A DNA stretch of 64,000 bases from NCBI GenBank assembly GCA_964057225.1, contig OZ059897.1, forward strand, positions 1,674,001-1,738,000. Direction: 5' to 3'. This document shows, piece after piece, positions 24,701 to 38,059 of the stretch. The position numbers and the translations under genes were made by a program. Each line of letters begins with the position of its first letter. The stretch's first letter is position 1. Origin of the DNA: Auanema rhodensis (Eukaryota > Animalia > Nematoda). The notes beneath the pieces were generated by a model that ran no database searches, was not told the origin of the DNA, and worked only from the letters and a program-made list of their open reading frames with translations.

Positions 24701-27700
24701 TTTAAGGCGAAGAGGATGGACAATGTTATTCAACGAAAAAATTAATTCTTCAGGGTGAAAAACGAGGATATAAGTGTGAACTTATATCAGTTGATATCTC
24801 GGTGCATTTTTAAGCTAGCGCAAATCTGATAACACAGATCGACGCAGCTTAAAAATCCGCATCGAATGCATTATACTACATTGAGAAACGTTCAATACAA
24901 AAATTATTTATGATTGTTCGAAAAATGATGCATTAGTGTATGTTGAGTTTCCATGTACACTCAACATTGCTTCCAAAAACATTTTGACAAAAATTTTCCC
25001 GAAAAATTTCAAGATAATTTTACGAAAAGTAGATGTTTTTAGATTTCTTTTTTCAAGGCGAAGACGATGAACAATGTTATTCAACGAAAAAATTAATTCT
25101 TCAGGGTGAAAATCGAGGATATAAGTGTGAACTTATATCAGTTGATATCTCGGTGCATTTTTAAGCTAGCGCAAATCTGATAACACAGATCGACGCAGCT
25201 TAAAAATCCGCATCGAATGCATTATAATACATTGAGAAACGTTCAATACAAAAATTATCTATGATTGTTCGAAAAATGATGCATTAGTGTATGTTGAGTT
25301 TCCATGTACACTCAACATTGCTTCCAAAAACATTTTGACAAAAATTTTCCCGAAAAATTTCAAGATAATTTTACGAAAAGTAGATGTTTTTAGATTTCTT
25401 TTTTTAAGGCGAAGAGGATGGACAATGTTATTCAACGAAAAAATTGATTCTTCAGGGTGAAAATCGAGGATATAAGTGTGAACTTATATCAGTTGATATC
25501 TCGGTGCATTTTTAAGCTAGCGCAAATCTGATAACACAGATCGACGCAGCTTAAAAATCCGCATCGAATGCACTATACTAAATCGAGAAACGTTCAATAC
25601 GAAAATTATTTATGATTGTTCGAAAAATGATGCATTAGTGTATGTTGAGTTTCCATGTACACTCAACATTGCTTCCAAAAACATTTTGACAAAAATTTTC
25701 CCGAAAAATTTCAAGATAATTTTACGAAAAGTAGATGTTTTTAGATTTCTTTTTTAAAGGCGAAGACGATGGACAATGTTATTCAACGAAAAAATTAATT
25801 CTTCAGGGTGAAAATCGAGGATTTAAGTGTGAACTTATATCAGTTGATATCTCGGTGAATTTTTAAGCTAGCGCAAATCTGATAACACAGATCGACGCAG
25901 CTTAAAAATCCGCATCGAATGCACTATACTACATTGAAAAACGCTCAATATAAAAATTATTTATGATTGTTTGAAAAATGATGCATTAGTGTATGTTGAG
26001 TTTCCATGTACACTCAACATTGCTTCCAAAAACATTTTGACAAAAATTTTCCCGAAAAATTTCAAGATAATTTCACGAAAAGTAGATGTTTTTAGATTCC
26101 TTTTTTTAAGGCGAAGACGATGAACAATGTTATTCAACGAAAAAATTAATTCTTCAGGGTGAAAATCGAGGATATAAGTGTGAACTTATATCAGTTGATA
26201 TCTTGGTGCATTTTTAAGCTAGCGCAAATCTGATAACACAGATCGACGCAGCTTAAAAATCCGCATCGAATGCATTATATAACATTGAAAAACGCTCAAT
26301 ACAAAAATTATTTATGATTGTTTGAAAAATGATGCATTAGTGTATGTTGAGTTTCCATGTACACTCAACATTGCTTCCAAAAACATTTTGACAAAAATTT
26401 TCCCGAAAAATTTCAAGATAATTTCACGAAAAGTAGATGTTTTTAGATTCCTTTTTTTAAGGCGAAGACGATGAACAATGTTATTCAACGAAAAAATTAA
26501 TTCTTCAGGGTGAAAATCGAGGATATAAGTGTGAACTTATATCAGTTGATATCTCGGTGCATTTTTAAGCTAGCGCAAATCTGATAACACAGATCGACGC
26601 AGCTTAAAAATCCGCATCGAATGCATTATAATACATTGAGAAACGTTCAATACAAAAATTATCTATGATTGTTCGAAAAATGATGCATTAGTGTATGTTG
26701 AGTTTCCATGTACACTCAACATTGCTTCCAAAAACATTTTGACAAAAATTTTCCCGAAAAATTTCAAGATAATTTTACGAAAAGTAGATGTTTTTAGATT
26801 TCTTTTTTTAAGGCGAAGAGGATGGACAATGTTATTCAACGAAAAAATTAATTCTTCAGGGTGAAAATCGAGGATATAAGTGTGAACTTATATCAGTTGA
26901 TATCTCGGTGCATTTTTAAGCTAGCGCAAATCTGATAACACAGATCGACGCAACTTAAAAATCCGCATCGAATGCACTATACTACATTGAGAAACGTTCA
27001 ATACAAAAATTATTTATGATTGTTCGAAAAATGATGCATTAGTGTATGTTGAGTTTCCATGTACACTCAACATTGCTTCCAAAAACATTTTGACAAAGTT
27101 TTCCCGAAAAATTTCAAGATAATTTCACGAAAAGTAGATGTTTTTAGATTCCTTTTTTTAAGGCGAAGACGATGAACAATGTTATTCAACGAAAAAATTA
27201 ATTCTTCAGGGTGAAAATCGAGGATATAAGTGTGAACTTATATCAGTTGATATCTTGGTGCATTTTTCAGCTAGCGCAAATCTGATAACACAGATCGACG
27301 CAGCTTAAAAATCCGCATCGAATGCATTATATAACATTGAAAAACGCTCAATACAAAAATTATTTATGATTGTTTGAAAAATGATGCATTAGTGTATGTT
27401 GAGTTTCCATGTACACTCAACATTGCTTCCAAAAACATTTTGACAAAAATTTTCCCGAAAAATTTCAAGATAATTTCACGAAAAGTAGATGTTTTTAGAT
27501 TCCTTTTTTTAAGGCGAAGACGATGAACAATGTTATTCAACGGAAAAATTAATTCTTCAGGGTGAAAATCGAGGATATAAGTGTGAACTTATATCAGTTG
27601 ATATCTTGGTGCATTTTTAAGCTAGCGCAAATCTGATAACACAGATCGACGCAGCTTGAAAATTTGTTTCGAATGCACTATACCACATTGAAAAACGCTC

Positions 27701-30700
27701 AATACAAAAATTATTTATGATTGTTTGAAAAATGATGCATTAGTGTATGTTGAGTTTCCATGTACACTCAACATTGCTTCCAAAAACATTTTGACCAAAA
27801 TTTTCCCGAAAAATTTCAAGATAATTTAACAAAGAGTAGATGTTTTTAGATTCTTTTTTTCAAGGCGAAGACGATGGACAATGTTATTCAACGAAAAAAT
27901 TAATTCTTCAGGGTGAAAATCGAGGATATAAGTGTGAACTTATATCAGTTGATATCTTGGTGCATTTTTAAGCAAGCGCAAATCTGATAACACAGATCGA
28001 CGCAGCTTAAAAATTTGTTTTGAATGCACTATACCACATTGAGAAACGCTCAATACAAAAGTTATTTATGATTGTTTGAAAAATGATGCATTAGTGTATG
28101 TTGAGTTTCCATGTACACTCAACATTGCTTCCAAAAACATTTTGACAAAAATTTTCCCGAAAAATTTCAAGATAATTTTACGAAAAGTAGATGTTTTTAG
28201 ATTTCTTTTTTTAAGGCGGAGACGATGGACAATGTTATTCAACGAAAAAATTAATTCTTCAGGGTGAAAATCGAGGATTTAAGTGTGAACTTATATCAGT
28301 TGATATCTCGGTGCATTTTTAAGCTAGCGCAAATCTGATAACACAGATCGACGCAGCTTAAAAATCCGCATCGAATGCACTATACTAAATTGAGAAACGT
28401 TCAATACGAAAATTATTTATGATTGTTCGAAAAATGATGCATTAGTGTATGTTGAGTTTCCATGTACACTCAACCTTGCTTCCAAAAACATTTTGACAAA
28501 AATTTTCCCGAAAAATTTCAAGATAATTTTACGAAAAGTAGATGTTTTTAGATTTCTTTTTTAAAGGCGAAGACGATGGACAATGTTATTCAACGAAAAA
28601 ATTAATTCTTCAGGGTGAAAATCGAGGATTTAAGTGTGAACTTATATCAGTTGATATCTCGGTGAATTTTTAAGCTAGCGCAAATCTGATAACACAGATC
28701 GACGCAGCTTAAAAATCCGCATCGAATGCACTATACTACATTGAAAAACGCTCAATACAAAAATTATTTATGATTGTTTGAAAAATGATGCATTAGTGTA
28801 TGTTGAGTTTCCATGTACACTCAACATTGCTTCCAAAAACATTTTGACAAAAATTTTCCCGAAAAATTTCAAGATAATTTTACAAAAACTAGATGTTTTT
28901 AGATTCCTTTTTTTAAGGCGAAGACGATGGACAATGTTATTCAACGAAAAAATTAATTCTTCAGGGTGAAAATCGAGGATATAAGTGTGAACTTATATCA
29001 GTTGATATCTTGGTGCATTTTTAAGCTAGCGCAAATCTGATAACACAGATCGACGCAGCTTAAAAATCCGCATCGAATGCATTATATAACATTGAAAAAC
29101 GCTCAATACAAAAATTATTTATGATTGTTTGAAAAATGATGCATTAGTGTATGTTGAGTTTCCATGTACACTCAACATTGCTTCCAAAAACATTTTGACA
29201 AAAATTTTCCCGAAAAATTTCAAGATAATTTCACGAAAAGTAGATGTTTTTAGATTCCTTTTTTTAAGGCGAAGACGATGAACAATGTTATTCAACGAAA
29301 AAATTAATTCTTCAGGGTGAAAATCGAGGATATAAGTGTGAACTTATATCAGTTGATATCTTGGTGCATTTTTAAGCTAGCGCAAATCTGATAACACAGA
29401 TCGACGCAGCTTAAAAATTTGTTTTGAATGCACTATACCACATTGAGAAACGCTCAATACAAAAGTTATTTATGATTGTTTGAAAAATGATGCATTAGTG
29501 TATGTTGAGTTTCCATGTACACTCAACATTGCTTCCAAAAACATTTTGACCAAAATTTTCCCGAAAAATTTCAAGATAATTTCACGAAAAGTAGATGTTT
29601 TTAGATTCCTTTTTTTAAGGCGAAGACGATGGTAAATGTTATTTAACGAAAAAATTAATTCTTCAGGGTGAAAATCGAGGATATAAATGTGAACTTATAT
29701 CAGTTGATATCTCGGTGCATTTTTAAGCTAGCGCAAATCTGATATCACAGATCGACGCAGCTTAAAAATCCGCATCGAATGCACTATACTACATTGAGAA
29801 ACGTTCAATACAAAAATTAGTTATGATCGTTTGAAAAATGATGCATTAGTGTATGTTGAGTTTCCATGTACACTCAACATTGCTTCCAAAAACATTTTGA
29901 CCAAAATTTTCCCGAAAAATTTCAAGATAATTTCACGAAAAGTAGATGTTTTTAGATTCCTTTTTTAAGGCGAAGACGATGGTAAATGTTATTCAACGAA
30001 AAAATTAATTCTTCAGGGTGAAAATCGAGGATACAAGTGTGAACTTATATCAGTTGATATCTCGGTGAATTTTTAAGCTAGCGCAAATCTGATAACACAG
30101 ATCGACGCAGCTTAAAAATCCGCATCGAATGCATTATATAACATTGAAAAACGCTCAATACAAAAAATATTTATGATTGTTCGAAAAATGATGCATTAGT
30201 GTATGTTGAGTTTCCATGTACACTCAACATTGCTTCCAAAAACATTTTGACCAAAATTTTCCCGAAAAATTTCAAGATAATTTCACGAAAAGTAGATGTT
30301 TTTAGATTCCTTTTTTTAAGGCGAAGACGATGAACAATGTTATTCAACGAAAAAATTAATTCTTCAGGGTGAAAATCGAGGATACAAGTGTGAACTTATA
30401 TCAGTTGATATCTCGGTGAATTTTTAAGCTAGCGCAAATCTGACAACACAGATCGACGCAGCTTAAAAATCCGCATCGAATGCACTATACTACATTGAGA
30501 AACGTTCAATACAAAAATTATTTATGATTGTTCGAAAAATGATGCATTAGTGTATGTTGAGTTTCCATGTACACTCAACATTGCTTCCAAAAACATTTTG
30601 ACAAAAATTTTCCCGAAAAATTTCAAGATAATTTTACGAAAAGTAGATGTTTTTAGATTTCTTTTTTTAAGGCGAAGAGGATGGACAATGTTATTCAACG

Positions 30701-33700
30701 AAAAAATTAATTCTTCAGGGTGAAAAACGAGGATATAAGTGTGAACTTATATCAGTTGATATCTCGGTGCATTTTTAAGCTAGCGCAAATCTGATAACAC
30801 AGATCGACGCAGCTTAAAAATCCGCATCGAATGCATTATACTACATTGAGAAACGTTCAATACAAAAATTATTTATGATTGTTCGAAAAATGATGCATTA
30901 GTGTATGTTGAGTTTCCATGTACACTCAACATTGCTTCCAAAAACATTTTGACAAAAATTTTCCCGAAAAATTTCAAGATAATTTTACGAAAAGTAGATG
31001 TTTTTAGATTTCTTTTTTCAAGGCGAAGACGATGAACAATGTTATTCAACGAAAAAATTAATTCTTCAGGGTGAAAATCGAGGATATAAGTGTGAACTTA
31101 TATCAGTTGATATCTCGGTGCATTTTTAAGCTAGCGCAAATCTGATAACACAGATCGACGCAGCTTAAAAATCCGCATCGAATGCATTATAATACATTGA
31201 GAAACGTTCAATACAAAAATTATCTATGATTGTTCGAAAAATGATGCATTAGTGTATGTTGAGTTTCCATGTACACTCAACATTGCTTCCAAAAACATTT
31301 TGACAAAAATTTTCCCGAAAAATTTCAAGATAATTTTACGAAAAGTAGATGTTTTTAGATTTCTTTTTTTAAGGCGAAGAGGATGGACAATGTTATTCAA
31401 CGAAAAAATTGATTCTTCAGGGTGAAAATCGAGGATATAAGTGTGAACTTATATCAGTTGATATCTCGGTGCATTTTTAAGCTAGCGCAAATCTGATAAC
31501 ACAGATCGACGCAGCTTAAAAATCCGCATCGAATGCACTATACTAAATCGAGAAACGTTCAATACGAAAATTATTTATGATTGTTCGAAAAATGATGCAT
31601 TAGTGTATGTTGAGTTTCCATGTACACTCAACATTGCTTCCAAAAACATTTTGACAAAAATTTTCCCGAAAAATTTCAAGATAATTTTACGAAAAGTAGA
31701 TGTTTTTAGATTTCTTTTTTAAAGGCGAAGACGATGGACAATGTTATTCAACGAAAAAATTAATTCTTCAGGGTGAAAATCGAGGATTTAAGTGTGAACT
31801 TATATCAGTTGATATCTCGGTGAATTTTTAAGCTAGCGCAAATCTGATAACACAGATCGACGCAGCTTAAAAATCCGCATCGAATGCACTATACTACATT
31901 GAAAAACGCTCAATATAAAAATTATTTATGATTGTTTGAAAAATGATGCATTAGTGTATGTTGAGTTTCCATGTACACTCAACATTGCTTCCAAAAACAT
32001 TTTGACAAAAATTTTCCCGAAAAATTTCAAGATAATTTCACGAAAAGTAGATGTTTTTAGATTCCTTTTTTTAAGGCGAAGACGATGAACAATGTTATTC
32101 AACGAAAAAATTAATTCTTCAGGGTGAAAATCGAGGATATAAGTGTGAACTTATATCAGTTGATATCTTGGTGCATTTTTAAGCTAGCGCAAATCTGATA
32201 ACACAGATCGACGCAGCTTAAAAATCCGCATCGAATGCATTATATAACATTGAAAAACGCTCAATACAAAAATTATTTATGATTGTTTGAAAAATGATGC
32301 ATTAGTGTATGTTGAGTTTCCATGTACACTCAACATTGCTTCCAAAAACATTTTGACAAAAATTTTCCCGAAAAATTTCAAGATAATTTCACGAAAAGTA
32401 GATGTTTTTAGATTCCTTTTTTTAAGGCGAAGACGATGAACAATGTTATTCAACGAAAAAATTAATTCTTCAGGGTGAAAATCGAGGATATAAGTGTGAA
32501 CTTATATCAGTTGATATCTCGGTGCATTTTTAAGCTAGCGCAAATCTGATAACACAGATCGACGCAGCTTAAAAATCCGCATCGAATGCATTATAATACA
32601 TTGAGAAACGTTCAATACAAAAATTATCTATGATTGTTCGAAAAATGATGCATTAGTGTATGTTGAGTTTCCATGTACACTCAACATTGCTTCCAAAAAC
32701 ATTTTGACAAAAATTTTCCCGAAAAATTTCAAGATAATTTTACGAAAAGTAGATGTTTTTAGATTTCTTTTTTTAAGGCGAAGAGGATGGACAATGTTAT
32801 TCAACGAAAAAATTAATTCTTCAGGGTGAAAATCGAGGATATAAGTGTGAACTTATATCAGTTGATATCTCGGTGCATTTTTAAGCTAGCGCAAATCTGA
32901 TAACACAGATCGACGCAACTTAAAAATCCGCATCGAATGCACTATACTACATTGAGAAACGTTCAATACAAAAATTATTTATGATTGTTCGAAAAATGAT
33001 GCATTAGTGTATGTTGAGTTTCCATGTACACTCAACATTGCTTCCAAAAACATTTTGACAAAGTTTTCCCGAAAAATTTCAAGATAATTTCACGAAAAGT
33101 AGATGTTTTTAGATTCCTTTTTTTAAGGCGAAGACGATGAACAATGTTATTCAACGAAAAAATTAATTCTTCAGGGTGAAAATCGAGGATATAAGTGTGA
33201 ACTTATATCAGTTGATATCTTGGTGCATTTTTCAGCTAGCGCAAATCTGATAACACAGATCGACGCAGCTTAAAAATCCGCATCGAATGCATTATATAAC
33301 ATTGAAAAACGCTCAATACAAAAATTATTTATGATTGTTTGAAAAATGATGCATTAGTGTATGTTGAGTTTCCATGTACACTCAACATTGCTTCCAAAAA
33401 CATTTTGACAAAAATTTTCCCGAAAAATTTCAAGATAATTTCACGAAAAGTAGATGTTTTTAGATTCCTTTTTTTAAGGCGAAGACGATGAACAATGTTA
33501 TTCAACGAAAAAATTAATTCTTCAGGGTGAAAATCGAGGATATAAGTGTGAACTTATATCAGTTGATATCTTGGTGCATTTTTAAGCTAGCGCAAATCTG
33601 ATAACACAGATCGACGCAGCTTGAAAATTTGTTTCGAATGCACTATACCACATTGAAAAACGCTCAATACAAAAATTATTTATGATTGTTTGAAAAATGA

Positions 33701-33935
33701 TGCATTAGTGTATGTTGAGTTTCCATGTACACTCAACATTGCTTCCAAAAACATTTTGACCAAAATTTTCCCGAAAAATTTCAAGATAATTTAACAAAGA
33801 GTAGATGTTTTTAGATTCTTTTTTTCAAGGCGAAGACGATGGACAATGTTATTCAACGAAAAAATTAATTCTTCAGGGTGAAAATCGAGGATATAAGTGT
33901 GAACTTATATCAGTTGATATCTTGGTGCATTTTTA
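21710..33935. repeat. Near-perfect tandem duplication of a 17-monomer block, period 5965 bp
   Basis: Variants repeat exactly 5965 bp apart: AAGCAAGCG (~22008/27973), GCGGAGACG (~22253/28218), TATTTAACG and TATAAATGTG (~23.7k/29.65k), 1-bp deletions (~24000/29965; ~27097/33062). ORF pairs 22111/28076 and 22813/28778 share the offset. Confidence 0.9.
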
Positions 33936-36900
33936 AGCTAGCGCAAATCTGATAACACAGATCGACGCAGCTTAAAAATTTGTTTTGAATGCACTATACC
34001 ACATTGAGAAACGCTCAATACAAAAGTTATTTATGATTGTTTGAAAAATGATGCATTAGTGTATGTTGAGTTTCCATGTACACTCAACATTGCTTCCAAA
34101 AACATTTTGACCAAAATTTTCCCGAAAAATTTCAAGATACTTTTACGAAAAGTAGATGTTTTTAGATTTCTTTTTTTTAAGGCGAAGACGATGGACAATG
34201 TTATTCAACGAAAAAACTAATTCTTCAGGGTGAAAATCGAGGATATAAGTGTGAACTTATATCAGTTGATATCTCGGTGCATTTTTAAGCTAGCGCAAAT
34301 CTGATAACACAGATCGACGCAGCTTAAAAATCCGCATCGAATGCATTATAATACATTGAGAAACGTTCAATACAAAAATTATCTATGATTGTTCGAAAAA
34401 TGATGCATTAGTGTATGTTGAGTTTCCATGTACACTCAACATTGCTTCCAAAAACATTTTGACAAAAATTTTCCCGAAAAATTTCAAGATAATTTTACGA
34501 AAAGTAGATGTTTTTAGATTTCTTTTTTTAAGGCGAAGAGGATGGACAATGTTATTCAACGAAAAAATTAACTCTTCAGGGTGAAAATCGAGGATATAAG
34601 TGTGAACTTATATCAGTTGATATCTCGGTGCATTTTTAAGCTAGCGCAAATCTGATAACACAGATCGACGCAGCTTAAAAATCCGCATCGAATGCACTAT
34701 ACTAAATTGAGAAACGTTCAATACGAAAATTATTTATGATTGTTCGAAAAATGATGCATTAGTGTATGTTGAGTTTCCATGTACACTCAACATTGCTTCC
34801 AAAAACATTTTGACAAAAATTTTCCCGAAAAATTTCAAGATAATTTTACGAAAAGTAGATGTTTTTAGATTTCTTTTTTAAAGGCGAAGACGATGGACAA
34901 TGTTATTCAACGAAAAAATTAATTCTTCAGGGTGAAAATCGAGGATTTAAGTGTGAACTTATATCAGTTGATATCTCGGTGAATTTTTAAGCTAGCGCAA
35001 ATCTGATAACACAGATCGACGCAGCTTAAAAATCCGCATCGAATGCACTATACTACATTGAAAAACGCTCAATATAAAAATTATTTATGATTGTTTGAAA
35101 AATGATGCATTAGTGTATGTTGAGTTTCCATGTACACTCAACATTGCTTCCAAAAACATTTTGACAAAAATTTTCCCGAAAAATTTCAAGATAATTTCAC
35201 GAAAAGTAGATGTTTTTAGATTCCTTTTTTTAAGGCGAAGACGATGAACAATGTTATTCAACGAAAAAATTAATTCTTCAGGGTGAAAATCGAGGATATA
35301 AGTGTGAACTTATATCAGTTGATATCTTGGTGCATTTTTAAGCTAGCGCAAATCTGATAACACAGATCGACGCAGTTTAAAAATCCGCATCGAATGCATT
35401 ATATAACATTGAAAAACGCTCAATACAAAAATTATTTATGATTGTTTGAAAAATGATGCATTAGTGTATGTTGAGTTTCCATGTACACTCAACATTGCTT
35501 CCAAAAACATTTTGACAAAAATTTTCCCGAAAAATTTCAAGATAATTTCACGAAAAGTAGATGTTTTTAGATTCCTTTTTTTAAGGCGAAGACGATGAAC
35601 AATGTTATTCAACGAAAAAATTAATTCTTCAGGGTGAAAATCGAGGATATAAGTGTGAACTTATATCAGTTGATATCTCGGTGCATTTTTAAGCTAGCGC
35701 AAATCTGATAACACAGATCGACGCAGCTTAAAAATCCGCATCGAATGCATTATAATACATTGAGAAACTTTCAATACAAAAATTATCTATGATTGTTCGA
35801 AAAATGATGCATTAGTGTATGTTGAGTTTCCATGTACACTCAACATTGCTTCCAAAAACATTTTGACAAAAATTTTCCCGAAAAATTTCAAGATAATTTT
35901 ACGAAAAGTAGATGTTTTTAGATTTCTTTTTTTAAGGCAAAGAGGATGGACAATGTTATTCAACGAAAAAATTAATTCTTCAGGGTGAAAATCGAGGATA
36001 TAAGTGTGAACTTATATCAGTTGATATCTCGGTGCATTTTTAAGCTAGCGCAAATCTGATAACACAGATCGACGCAACTTAAAAATCCGCATCGAATGCA
36101 CTATACTACATTGAGAAACGTTCAATACAAAAATTATTTATGATTGTTCGAAAAATGATGCATTAGTGTATGTTGAGTTTCCATGTACACTCAACATTGC
36201 TTCCAAAAACATTTTGACAAAAGTTTTCCCGAAAAATTTCAAGATAATTTCACGAAAAGTAGATGTTTTTAGATTCCTTTTTTTAAGGCGAAGACGATGA
36301 ACAATGTTATTCAACGAAAAAATTAATTCTTCAGGGTGAAAATCGAGGATATAAGTGTGAACTTATATCAGTTGATATCTTGGTGCATTTTTCAGCTAGC
36401 GCAAATCTGATAACACAGATCGACGCAGCTTAAAAATCCGCATCGAATGCATTATATAACATTGAAAAACGCTCAATACAAAAATTATTTATGATTGTTT
36501 GAAAAATGATGCATTAGTGTATGTTGAGTTTCCATGTACACTCAACATTGCTTCCAAAAACATTTTGACAAAAATTTTCCCGAAAAATTTCAAGATAATT
36601 TCACGAAAAGTAGATGTTTTTAGATTCCTTTTTTTAAGGCGAAGACGACGAACAATGTTATTCAACGAAAAAATTAATTCTTCAGGGTGAAAATCGAGGA
36701 TATAAGTGTGAACTTATATCAGTTGATATCTTGGTGCATTTTTAAGCTAGCGCAAATCTGATAACACAGATCGACGCAGCTTGAAAATTTGTTTCGAATG
36801 CACTATACCACATTGAAAAACGCTCAATACAAAAATTATTTATGATTGTTTGAAAAATGATGCATTAGTGTATGTTGAGTTTCCATGTACACTCAACATT

Positions 36901-37400
36901 GCTTCCAAAAACATTTTGACCAAAATTTTCCCGAAAAATTTCAAGATAATTTAACAAAGAGTAGATGTTTTTAGATTCTTTTTTTTAAGGCGAAGACGAT
37001 GGACAATGTTATTCAACGAAAAAATTAATTCTTCAGGGTGAAAATCGAGGATATAAGTGTGAACTTATATCAGTTGATATCTTGGTGCATTTTTAAGCTA
37101 GCGCAAATCTGATAACACAGATCGACGCAGCTTAAAAATTTGTTTTGAATGCACTATACCACATTGAGAAACGCTCAATACAAAAGTTATTTATGATTGT
37201 TTGAAAAATGATGCATTAGTGTATGTTGAGTTTCCATGTACACTCAACATTGCTTCCAAAAACATTTTGACCAAAATTTTCCCGAAAAATTTCAAGATAA
37301 TTTTACGAAAAGTAGATGTTTTTAGATTTCTTTTTTTTAAGGCGAAGACGATGGACAATGTTATTCAACGAAAAAATTAATTCTTCAGGGTGAAAATCGA
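31180..37400. repeat. Older 9-monomer duplication, period about 3159 bp, overlapping the 17-mer
   Basis: Markers TATAATAC, CAATATAAAA, GACGCAACTT, AAGTTTTCCC, TTCAGCTAGC and TTGAAAATTTGTTTCG recur in order (e.g. monomer 33001 vs 36160), with several differences between copies. Confidence 0.78.
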
Positions 37401-38059
37401 GGATATAAGTGTGAACTTATATCAGTTGATATCTCGGTGCATTTTTAAGCTAGCGCAAATCTGATCACACAGATCGACGCAGCTTAAAAATCCGCATCGA
37501 ATGCACTATACTACATTGAGAAACGTTCAATACAAAAATTATTTATGATTGTTCGAAAAATGATGCATTAGTGTATGTTGAGTTTCCATGTACACTCAAC
37601 ATTGCTTCCAAAAACATTTTGACAAAAATTTTCCCGAAAAATTTCAAGATAATTTAACAAAGAGTAGATGTTTTTAGTTTTTTTTTTTTAAGGAGAAGAC
37701 GATGGACAATGTTATTCAACGAAAAAATTAATTCTTCAGGGTGAAAATCGAGGATTTAAGTGTGAACTTATATCAGTTGATATCTCGGTGAATTTTTAAG
37801 CTAGCGCAAATCTGATAACACAAATCGACGCAGTTTAAAAATCCGCATCGAATGCATTATACTACATTGAAAAACGCTCAATACAAAAATTAGTTATGAT
37901 CGTTTGAAAAATGATGCATTAGTGTATGTTGAGTTTCCATGTACACTCAACATTGCTTCCAAAAACATTTTGACCAAAATTTTCCCGAAAAATTTCAAGA
38001 TAATTTCACGAAAAGTAGATGTTTTTAGATTCCTTTTTTTAAGGCGAAGACGATGGTAA

